Below are positions 52,901 through 64,000 of a stretch of 64,000 nucleotides of DNA, piece by piece. The position numbers were made by a program, and so were the translations under genes. Numbering within the stretch: position 1 is the first letter of the stretch; each line of letters opens with the position of its first letter. This stretch comes from Antedon mediterranea (Eukaryota; Animalia; Echinodermata), in assembly GCF_964355755.1 (NCBI RefSeq), contig NC_092675.1, forward strand, positions 13,612,912 through 13,676,911, read 5' to 3'. Under the pieces are notes generated by a model that saw only the letters and a program-made list of their open reading frames with translations, made no database searches and had not been told where the DNA came from.

Positions 52901-55900
52901 AAAAACTTTTTAACATAAAAACACCAAAGTGCTTAGAATAGCTTCAAATCACATTTGGAGACGTTTTAGACCATTTTGTGATTTTTGAAAAAGATTGTTA
53001 ACATAAAAACACCAAAGTGCTTAGAATCACATTATAAACCGTTTTAGACCATTTTGAGCATTTCGATAACAATTTTCACACAAAAACATCAAAGAGCACA
53101 AAATAGCTTAATATCGTATTTAAAAATGTTTTAGACCATTTTGAGCATTTCGACAAAACTTTTTCACACAAAATACAAAAGTGCTTAGAATAGCTTCAAA
53201 TCGCATTTGGAGACGTTTTAGACCATTTTGTGATTTTCGAAAAAACTTTTTAACATAAAAACACCAAAGTGCTTAGAATAGCTTCAAATCACATTTGGAG
53301 ACGTTTTAGACCATTTTGTGATTTTCGAAAAAACTTGTTAACATAAAAACACGAAAGTGCTTAGAATAGCTTCAAATCGCATTTAGAAACGTTTTAGACC
53401 ATTTTGTGATTTTCGAAAAAAATTGTTAACATAAAAACACCAAAGTGCTTAGAATCACATTATAAACCGTTTTAGACCATTTTGAGCATTTCGATAACAA
53501 TTTTCACACAAAAACATCAAAGAGCACAAAATAGCTTAATATCGTATTTAAAAATGTTTTAGACCATTTTGAGCATTTAGATAAAACTTTTTCACACAAA
53601 ACACCAAAGTGCTTAGAATAGCTTCAAATCGCATTTGGAGACGTTTTAGACCAATTTGTGATTTTTGAAAAAACTTGTTAACATAAAAACACCAAAGTGC
53701 TTAGAATAGCTTCAAATCACATTTGGAGACGTTTTAGACCATTTTGTGATTTTGAACAAACTTGTTAACATAAAAACACCAAAGTGCTTAGAATAGCTTC
53801 AAATCGCATTTGGAGACGTTTTAGACCATTTTGTGATTTTCGAAAAAACTTGTTAACATAAAAACACCAAAGTGCTTAGAATAGCTTCAAATCGTATTTG
53901 GAGACGTTTTAGACCATTTTGAGATTTTCGAAAAAACTTGGTTACACAAAAACATCAAAGTGCTTAAAATCACATTATAAACCGTTTTAGACCATTTTGA
54001 GCATTTCGATAACACTTTTCACACAAAAACATCAAAGAGCACAAAATAGCTTAATATCGTATTTAAAAACGTTTTAGACCATTTTGAGCATTTCGACAAA
54101 ACTTTTTCACACAAAACACCAAAGTGCTTAGAATAGCTTCAAATCGCATTTGGAGACGTTTTAGACCAATTTGTGCATTTCGATGAAACTTGATTACACA
54201 AAAACATCAAAGTGCTTAAAATCACATTATAAACCGTTTTAGACCATTTTGAGCATTTCGATAACACTTTTCACACAAAAACATCAAAGAGCACAAAATA
54301 GCTTAATATCGTATTTAAAAACGTTTTAGACCATTTTGAGCATTTAGACAAAACTTTTTCACACAAAACACCAAAGTGCTTAGAATAGCTTCAAATCGCA
54401 TTTGGAGACGTTTTAGACCATTTTGTGCATTTCGATGAAACTTGGTTACACAAAAACATCAAAGTGCTTAAAATCACATTATAAATCGTTTTAGACCATT
54501 TTGAGCATTTCGACAAAACCTTTTCACACAAAATACCAAAGTGCTTAGAATAGCTTCAAATCGCATTTCGAGACGTTCTAGACCATTTTGTGATTTTCGA
54601 AAAAACTTTTTAACATAAAAACACCAAAGTGCTTAGAATAGCTTCAAATCACATTTGGAGACATTTTAGACCATTTTGTGATTTTCGAAAAAACTTGTTA
54701 ACATAAAAACACGAAAGTGCTTAGAATAGCTTCAAATCGCATTTGGAGACGTTTTAGACCATTTTGTGATTTTCGAAAAAACTTGTTAACATAAAAACAC
54801 GAAAGTGCTTAGAATAGCTTCAAATCACATTTGGAGACGTTTTAGACCATTTTGTGATTTTTGAAAAAACTTGTTAACATAAAAACACGAAAGTGCTTAG
54901 AACAGCTTCAAATCGCATTTGGAAACGTTTTAGACCAATTTGTGCATTTCGATGAAACTTGATTACACAAAAAAATCAAAGTGCTTAAAATCACATTATA
55001 AACCGTTTTAGACCATTTTGAGCATTTCGATAACACTTTTCACACAAAAACATTAAAGAGCACAAAATAGCTTAATATCGTATTTAAAAACGTTTTAGAC
55101 CATTTTGAGCATTTAGACAAAACTTTTTCACACAAAACACCAAAGTGCTTAGAATAGCTTCAAATCGCATTTGGAGACGTTTTAGACCATTTTGTGCATT
55201 TCGATGAAACTTGGTTACACAAAAACATCAAAGTGCTTAAAATCACATTATAAATCGTTTTAGACCATTTTGAGCATTTCGACAAAACTTTTTCACACAA
55301 AATACCAAAGTGCTTAGAATAGCTTCAAATCGCATTTCGAGACGTTTTAGACCATTTTGTGATTTTCGAAAAAACTTTTTAACATAAAAACACCAAAGTG
55401 CTTAGAATAGCTTCAAATCACATTTGGAGACATTTTAGACCATTTTGTGATTTTCGAAAAAACTTGTTAACATAAAAACACGAAAGTTCTTAGAATAGCT
55501 TCAAATCGCATTTGGAAACGTTTTAGACCATTTTGTGATTTTCGAAAAAAATTGTTAACATAAAAACACCAAAGTGCTTAGAATCACATTATAAACCGTT
55601 TTAGACCATTTTGAGCATTTCGATAACAATTTTCACACAAAAACATCAAAGAGCACAAAATAGCTTAATATCGTATTTAAAAATGTTTTAGACCATTTTG
55701 AGCATTTAGATAAAACTTTTTCACACAAAACACCAAAGTGCTTAGAATAGCTTCAAATCGCATTTGGAGACGTTTTAGACCATTTTGTGATTTTGGAAAA
55801 AACTTGTTAACATAAAAACACCAAAGTGCTTAGAATAGCTTCAAATCACATTTGGAGACGTTTTAGACCATTTTGTGATTTTCGAAAAAACTTTTTAACA

Positions 55901-58900
55901 TAAAAACACCAAAGTGCTTAGAATAGCTTCAAATCACATTTGGAGACGTTTTAGACCATTTTGTGATTTTTGAAAAAACTTGTTAACATAAAAACACGAA
56001 AGTGCTTAGAATAGCTTCAAATCGCATTTGGAAACGTTTTAGACCATTTTGTGATTTTCGAAAAAGATTGTTAACATAAAAACACCAAAGTGTTTAGAAT
56101 AGCTTCAAATCGCATTTGGAGACGGTTTAGACCATTTTGTGATTTTGAAAAAACTTGTTAACATAAAAACACCAAAGTGCTTAGAATAGCTTCAAATCGC
56201 ATTTGGAGACGTTTTAGACCATTTTGTGATTTTCGAAAAAACTTGTTAACATAAAAACACCAAAGTGCTTAGAATAGCTTCAAATCGTATTTGGAGACGT
56301 TTTAGACCATTTTGAGATTTTCGAAAAAACTTGGTTACACAAAAACATCAAAGTGCTTAAAATCACATTATAAACCGTTTTAGACCATTTTGAGCATTTC
56401 GATAACACTTTTCACACAAAAACATCAAAGAGCACAAAATAGCTTAATATCGTATTTAAAAACGTTTTAGACCATTTTGAGCATTTAGACAAAACTTTTT
56501 CACACAAAACACCAAAGTGCTTAGAATAGCTTCAAATCGCATTTGGAGACGTTTTAGACCATTTTGTGCATTTCGATGAAAGTTGGTTACACAAAAACAT
56601 CAAAGTGCTTAAAATCACATTATAAATCGTTTTAGACCATTTTGAGCATTTCGACAAAACTTTTTCACACAAAATACCAAAGTGCTTAGAATAGCTTCAA
56701 ATCGCATTTGGAGACGTTTTAGACCATTTTGTGATTTTCGAAAAAACTTTTTAACATAAAAACACCAAAGTGCTTAGAATAGCTTCAAATCACATTTGGA
56801 GACGTTTTAGACCATAAGTGCTTAGAATCACATTATAAACCGTTTTAGACCATTTTGAGCATTTCGATAACAATTTTAACACAAAAACATCAAAGAGCAC
56901 AAAATAGCTTAATATCGTATTTAAAAATGTTTTAGACCATTTTGAGCATTTAGATAAAACTTTTTCACACAAAACACCAAAGTGCTTAGAATAGCTTCAA
57001 ATCGCATTTGAAGACGTTTTAGACCAATTTGTGATTTTTGAAAAAACTTGTTAACATAAAAACACCAAAGTGCTTAGAATAGCTTCAAATCACATTTGGA
57101 GACGTTTTAGACCATTTTGTGATTTTGAACAAACTTGTTAACATAAAAACACCAAAGTGCTTAGAATAGCTTCAAATCGCATTTGGAGACGTCTTAGACC
57201 ATTTTGTGATTTTCGAAAAAACTTGTTAACATAAAAACACCAAAGTGCTTAGAATAGCTTCAAATCGTATTTGGAGACGTTTTAGACCATTTTGAGATTT
57301 TCGAAAAAACTTGGTTACACAAAAACATCAAAGTGCTTAAAATCACATTATAAACCGTTTTAGACCATTTTGAGTATTTCGATAACACTTTTCACACAAA
57401 AACATCAAAGAGCACAAAATAGCTTAATATCGTATTTAAAAACGTTTTAGACCATTTTGAGCATTTCGACAAAACTTTTTCACACAAAACACCAAAGTGC
57501 TTAGAATAGCTTCAAATCGCATTTGGAGACGTTTTAGACCAATTTGTGATTTTTGAAAAAACTTGTTAACATAAAAACACCAAAGTGTTTAGAATAGCTT
57601 CAAATCGCATTTGGAGACGTTTTAGACCAATTTGTGATTTTCGAAAAAACTTATCAACATAAAAACACCAAAGGGTTTAGAATAGCTTCAAATCGCATTT
57701 GGAGACGTTTTAGACCATTTTGTGATTTTGAAAAAACTTGTTAACATAAAAACACGAAAGTGCTTAGAATAGCTTCAAATCGCATTTGGAGACGTTTTAG
57801 ACCATTTTGTGATTTTCGAAAAAACTTGTTAACATAAAAACACGAAAGTGCTTAGAATAGCTTCAAATCACATTTGGAGACGTTTTAGACCATTTTGTGA
57901 TTTTTGAAAAAACTTGTTAACATAAAAACACGAAAGTGCTTAGAATAGCTTCAAATCGCATTTGGAAACGTTTTAGACCAATTTGTGCATTTCGATGAAA
58001 CTTGATTACACAAAAACATCAAAGTGCTTAAAATCACATTATAAACCGTTTTAGACCATTTTGAGCATTTCGATAACACTTTTCACACAAAAACATTAAA
58101 GAGCACAAAATAGCTTAATATCGTATTTAAAAACGTTTTAGACCATTTTGAGCATTTAGACAAAACTTTTTCACACAAAACACCAAAGTGCTTAGAATAG
58201 CTTCAAATCGCATTTGGAGACGTTTTAGACCATTTTGTGCATTTCGATGAAACTTGGTTACACAAAAACATCAAAGTGCTTAAAATCACATTATAAATCG
58301 TTTTAGACCATTTTGAGCATTTCGACAAAACTTTTTCACACAAAATACCAAAGTGCTTAGAATAGCTTCAAATCGCATTTCGAGACGTTTTAGACCATTT
58401 TGTGATTTTCGAAAAAACTTTTTAACATAAAAACACCAAAGTGCTTAGAATAGCTTCAAATCACATTTGGAGACATTTTAGACCATTTTGTGATTTTCAA
58501 AAAAACTTGTTAACATAAAAACACGAAAGTTCTTAGAATAGCTTCAAATCGCATTTGGAAACGTTTTAGACCATTTTGTGATTTTCGAAAAAAATTGTTA
58601 ACATAAAAACACCAAAGTGCTTAGAATCACATTATAAACCGTTTTAGACCATTTTGAGTATTTCGATAACAATTTTCACACAAAAACATCAAAGAGCACA
58701 AAATAGCTTAATATCGTATTTAAAAATGTTTTAGACCATTTTGAGCATTTAGATAAAACTTTTTCACACAAAACACCAAAGTGCTTAGAATAGCTTCAAA
58801 TCGCATTTGGAGACGTTTTAGACCATTTTGTGATTTTTGAAAAAACTTGTTAACATAAAAACACCAAAGTGCTTAGAATAGCTTCAAATCACATTTTGAT

Positions 58901-61900
58901 ACGTTTTAGCCCATTTTGTGATTTTCGAAAAAACTTGTTAACATAAAAACACGAAAGTGCTTAGAATAGCTTCAAATCACATTTGGAGACGTTTTAGACC
59001 ATTTTGTGATTTTTGAAAAAACTTGTTAACATAAAAACACGAAAGTGCTTAGAATAGCTTCAAATCGCATTTGGAAACGTTTTAGACCATTTTGTGATTT
59101 TCGAAAAAGATTGTTAACATAAAAACACCAAAGTGCTTAGAATCACATTATAAACCGTTTTAGACCATTTTGAGCATTTCGATAACAATTTTCACACAAA
59201 AACATCAAAGAGCACAAAATAGCTTAATATCGTATTTAAAAATGTTTTAGACCATTTTGAGCATTTAGATCAAACTTTTTCACACAAAACACCAAAGTGC
59301 TTAGAATAGCTTCAAATCGCATTTGGAGACGTTTTAGACCATTTTGTGATTTTTGAAAAAACTTGTTAACATAAAAACGCCAAAGTGCTTAGAATAGCTT
59401 CAAATCACATTTGGAGACGTTTTAGACCATTTTGTGATTTTCGAAAAAACTTGTTAACATAAAAACACCAAAGTGTTTAGAATAGCTTCAAATCGCATTT
59501 GGAGACGTTTTAGACCAATTTGTGATTTTCGAAAAAACTTATCAACATAAAAACACCAAAGGGTTTAGAATAGCTTCAAATCGCATTTGGAGACGTTTTA
59601 GACCATTTTGTGATTTTCGAAAAAACTTGTTAACATAAAAACACGAAAGTGCTTAGAATAGCTTCAAATCGCATTTGGAAACGTTTTAGACCATTTTGTG
59701 ATTTTCGAAAAAACTTGTTAACATAAAAACATGAAAGTGCTTAGAATAGCTTCAAATCGTATTTGGAGACGTTTTAGACCATTTTGTGATTTTCGAAAAA
59801 ACTTTTTAACATAAAAACACCAAAGTGCTTAGAATAGCTTCAAATCGTATTTGGAGACGTTTTAGACCATTTTGAGATTTTCGAAAAAACTTGGTTACAC
59901 AAAAACATCAAAGTGCTTAAAATCACATTATAAACCGTTTTAGACCATTTTGAGCATTTCGATAACACTTTTCACACAAAAACATCAAAGAGCACAAAAT
60001 AGCTTAATATCGTATTTAAAAACGTTTTAGACCATTTTGAGCATTTCGACAAAACTTTTTCACACAAAACACCAAAGTGCTTAGAATAGCTTCAAATCGC
60101 ATTTGGAGACGTTTTAGACCAATTTGTGCATTTCGATGAAACTTGATTACACAAAAACATCAAAGTGCTTAAAATCACATTATAAACCGTTTTAGACCAT
60201 TTTGAGCATTTCGATAACACTTTTCACACAAAAACATCAAAGAGCACAAAATAGCTTAATATCGTATTTAAAAACGTTTTAGACCATGATTTTCGAAAAA
60301 ACTTGTTAACATAAAAACACCAAAGTGCTTAGAATAGCTTCAAATCACATTTGGAGACGTTTTAGACCAATTTGTGATTTTCGAAAAAACTTATCAACAT
60401 AAAAACACCAAAGGGCTTAGAATAGCTTCAAATCGCATTTGGAGACTATTTAGACCATTTTGTGATTTTTGAAAAAACTTGTTAACATAAAAACACGAAA
60501 GTGCTTAGAATAGCTTCAAATCGCATTTGGAAACGTTTTATTCCATTTTGTGATTTTCGAAAAAGATTGTTAACATAAAAACACCAATGTGCTTAGAATC
60601 ACATTATAAACCGTTTTAGACAATTTTGAGCATTTCGATAACAATTTTCACACAAAAACATCAAAGAGCACAAAATAGCTTAATATCGTATTTAAAAATG
60701 TTTTAGACCATTTTGAGCATTTAGATAAAACTTTTTCACACAAAACACCAAAGTGCTTAGAATAGCTTCAAATCGCATTTGGAGACGGTTTAGAACATTT
60801 TGTGATTTTGAAAAAACTTGTTAACATAAAAACACCAAAGTGCTTAGAATAGCTTCAAATCGCATTTGGAGACGTTTTAGACCATTTTGTGATTTTCGAA
60901 AAAACTTGTTAACATAAAAACACCAAAGTGCTTAGAATAGCTTCAAATCGTATTTGGAGACGTTTTAGACCATTTTGAGATTTTCGAAAAAACTTGGTTA
61001 CACAAAAACATCAAAGTGCTTAAAATCACATTATAAACCGTTTTAGACCATTTTGAGCATTTCGATAACACTTTTCACACAAAAACATCAAAGAGCACAA
61101 AATAGCTTAATATCGTATTTAAAAACGTTTTAGACCATTTTGAGCATTTCGACAAAACTTTTTCACACAAAACACAAAAGTGCTTAGAATAGCTTCAAAT
61201 CGCATTTGGAGACGTTTTAGACCAATTTGTGCATTTCGATGAAACTTGATTACACAAAAACATCAAAGTGCTTAAAATCACATTATAAACCGTTTTAGAC
61301 CATTTTGAGCATTTCGATAACACTTTTCACACAAAAACATCAAAGAGCACAAAATAGCTTAATATCGTATTTAAAAACGTTTTAGACCATTTTGAGCATT
61401 TAGACAAAACTTTTTCACACAAAACACCAAAGTGCTTAGAATAGCTTCAAATCGCATTTGGAGACGTTTTAGACCATTTTGTGCATTTCGATGAAACTTA
61501 GTTACACAAAAACATCAAAGTGCTTAAAATCACATTATAAATCGTTTTAGACCATTTTGAGCATTTCGACAAAACTTTTTCACACAAAATACCAAAGTGC
61601 TTAGAATAGCTTCAAATCGCATTTGGAGACGTTTTAGACCATTTTGTGATTTTCGAAAAAAACTTTTTAACATAAAAACACCAAAGTGCTTAGAATAGCT
61701 TCAAATCACATTTGGAGACGTTTTAGACCATTTTGTGATTTTCGAAAAAACTTGTTAACATAAAAACACGAAAGTGCTTAGAATAGCTTCAAATCGCATT
61801 TGGAAACGTTTTAGACCATTTTGTGATTTTCGAAAAAAATTGTTCACATAAAAACACCAAAGTGCTTAGAATCACATTATAAACCGTTTTAGACCATTTT

Positions 61901-64000
61901 GAGCATTTCGATAACAATTTTCACACAAAAACATCAAAGAGCACAAAATAGCTTAATATCGTATTTAAAAATGTTTTAGACCATTTTGAGCATTTAGATA
62001 AAACTTTTTTACACAAAACACCAAAGTGCTTAGAATAGCTTCAAATCGCATTTGGAGACGTTTTAGACCATTTTGTGATTTTTGAAAAAACTTGTTAACA
62101 TAAAAACACCAAAGTGCTTAGAATAGCTTCAAATCACATTTGGAGACGTTTTAGACCATTTTGTGATTTTCGAAAAAACTTGTTAACATAAAACACCAAA
62201 GTGCTTAGAATAGCTTCAAATCGCATTTGGAGACGTTTTAGACCATTTTGTGATTTTCGAAAAAACTTGTTAACATAAAAACACGAAAGTGCTTAGAATC
62301 ACATTATAAACCGTTTTAGACCATTTTGAGCATTTCGATAACAATTTTCACACAAAAACATCAAAGAGCACAAAATAGCTTAATATCATATTTAAAAATG
62401 TTTTAGACCATTTTGAGCATTTAGAAAAAACTTTTTCACACAAAACACCAAAGTGCTTAGAATAGCTTCAAATCGTATTTGGAGACGTTTTAGACCATTT
62501 TGAGATTTTCGAAAAAACTTGGTTACACAAAAATATCAAAGTGCTTAAAATCACATTATAAACCGTTTTAGACCATTTTGAGCATTTCGATAACACTTTT
62601 CACACAAAAACATCAAAGAGCACAAAATAGCTTAATATCGTATTTAAAAACGTTTTAGACCATTTTGAGCATTTCGACAAAACTTTTTCACACAAAACAC
62701 CAAAGTGCTTAGAATAGCTTCAAATCGCATTTGGAGACGTTTTAGACCAATTTGTGCATTTCGATGAAACTTGGTTACACAAAAACATCAAAGTGCTTAA
62801 AATCACATTATAAATCGTTTTAGACCATTTTGAGCATTTCGATAACACTTTTCACACAAAAACATCAAAGAGCACAAAATAGCTTAATATCTTATTTAAA
62901 AACGTTTTAGACCATTTTGAGCATTTAGACAAAACTTTTTCACACAAAACACCAAAGTGCTTAGAATAGCTTCAAATCGCATTTGGAGACGTTTTAGACC
63001 ATTTTGTGATTTTCAAAAAAACTTGTTAACATAAAAACACCAAAGTGCTTAGAATAGCTTCAAATCGTATTTGGAGACGTTTTAGACCATTTTGTGATTT
63101 TCGAAAAAACTTGTTAACATAAAAACACCAAAGGGTTTAGAATAGCTTTAAATCGCATTTTGAGACGTTTTAGACCATTTTGTGATTTTCGAAAAAACTT
63201 GTTAACATAAAAACACGAAAGTGCTTAGAATAGCTTCAAATCGCATTTGGAAACGTTTTAGACCATTTTGTGATTTTCGAAAAAACTTGTTAACATAAAA
63301 ACACGAAAGTGCTTAGAATAGCTTCAAATCGCATTTGGAAACGTTTTAGACCATTTTGTGATTTTCGAAAAAAATTGTTAACATAAAAACACCAAAGTGC
63401 TTAGAATCACATTATAAACCGTTTTAGACCATTTTGAGCATTTCGATAACAATTTTTACACAAAAACATCAAAGAGCACAAAATAGCTTAATATCGTATT
63501 TAAAAATGTTTTAGACCATTTTGAGCATTTGGATAAAACTTTTTCACACAAAACACCAAAGTGCTTAGAATAGCTTCAAATCGCATTTGGAGACGTTTTA
63601 GACCATTTTGTGATTTTTGAAAAAAACTGTTAACATAAAAACACCAAAGTGCTTAGAATAGCTTCAAATCACATTTGGAGACGTTTTAGACCATTTTGTG
63701 ATATTCGAAAAAACTTGTTAACATAAAAACACGAAAGTGCTTAGAATAGCTTCAAATCGCATTTGGAAACGTTTTAGACCATTTTGTGATTTTCGAAAAA
63801 ACTTGTTAACATAAAAACACCAAAGTGCTTAGAATAGCTTCAAATCGCATTTGGAAACGTTTTAGACCATTTTGTTATTTTCGAAAAAAATTGTTAACAT
63901 AAAAACACCAAAGTGCTTAGAATCACATTATAAACTGTTTTAGACCATTTTGAGCATTTCGATAACAATTTTCACACAAAAACATCAAAGAGCACAAAAT

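Larger units (their letters stand above)
1..64000. repeat. Tandem satellite DNA array with an ~88-bp basic monomer (78/87/88-bp classes), head-to-tail in one orientation; likely centromeric/pericentromeric heterochromatin
   Basis: The anchor TAGACC recurs at 1, 89, 177, 265, 353 and 441 (88-bp steps), then 519 (78-bp step), and continues to the end of the window with no unique sequence seen. The array runs off both ends. The centromeric role is inference from AT-richness, homogeneity and length. Confidence 0.98.
29700..64000 (+). repeat. ~23-kb macro-duplication: ~29.7-44.7 kb is repeated colinearly at ~52.9-64 kb (copy 2 runs off the window end)
   Basis: Ordered rare markers and their offsets: 23164 (29821/52985); 22321 (30851/53172, 31061/53382, 32251/54572); 21429 (35361/56790, 37464/58893, 37841/59270); 20167 (39211/59378); 19313 (40971/60284, 41221/60534, 42181/61494, 43571/62884, 44621/63934). 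Confidence 0.88.

Noticed and set aside
1-64000. CRISPR-like array: a conserved TTTTAGACCATTTTG motif at regular spacing
   Set aside because: The intervening sequences are homologous repeats rather than unique spacers. There is no leader or cas gene, and the resemblance to GTTTTAG-starting CRISPR repeats is only a few bases.
1-64000. Transposon insertion, inversion or unique spacer within the array
   Set aside because: I saw no non-satellite sequence, and no reverse-complement anchor (GGTCTAAAA) on the + strand, while reading through. Origin of the monomer from a TE cannot be judged without a database search.
1-64000. Idea that the monomer order encodes information (a barcode-like or programmed system)
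   Set aside because: The order is adequately explained by an ancestral HOR plus nested duplications and deletions. Nothing in the sequence points to a reader or a programmed rearrangement mechanism.

Overview
The whole 64 kb window is one uninterrupted, head-to-tail, AT-rich satellite DNA array (about 32% GC in the main monomer), probably from a eukaryotic centromeric, pericentromeric or other heterochromatic region. I cannot identify the organism or a named satellite family. I see no credible genes, RNA genes, transposons or CRISPR array, so I cannot support a novel gene-based system here. The array has roughly 740-750 monomers, all in one orientation and anchored on TTTTAGACCATTTTG. They fall into four related classes: A (88 bp), B (78 bp), C (87 bp) and D (87 bp), plus a rare 38-bp truncated form. 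The interest is architectural. (i) Monomer order follows a nearly strict grammar (B->C->D, B->D, then runs of A) with linked variant haplotypes. (ii) Rare marker variants reveal nested recent duplications with offsets of 845, 892, 1232, 1724, 3517, 4529, 4552 and 15489 bp. (iii) A ~23-kb macro-duplication has an offset that falls stepwise from 23164 to 22321, 21429, 20167 and 19313 bp. (iv) Exact 10-bp deletions recur at an internal 10-bp sub-repeat. (v) Short palindromes are dense. (vi) Many variants are CpG->TpG/CpA, which suggests a methylated array. The five 60-aa ORFs are artefacts of a 40-bp deletion plus one SNP. Offsets were counted by hand from marker positions and block edges are approximate.
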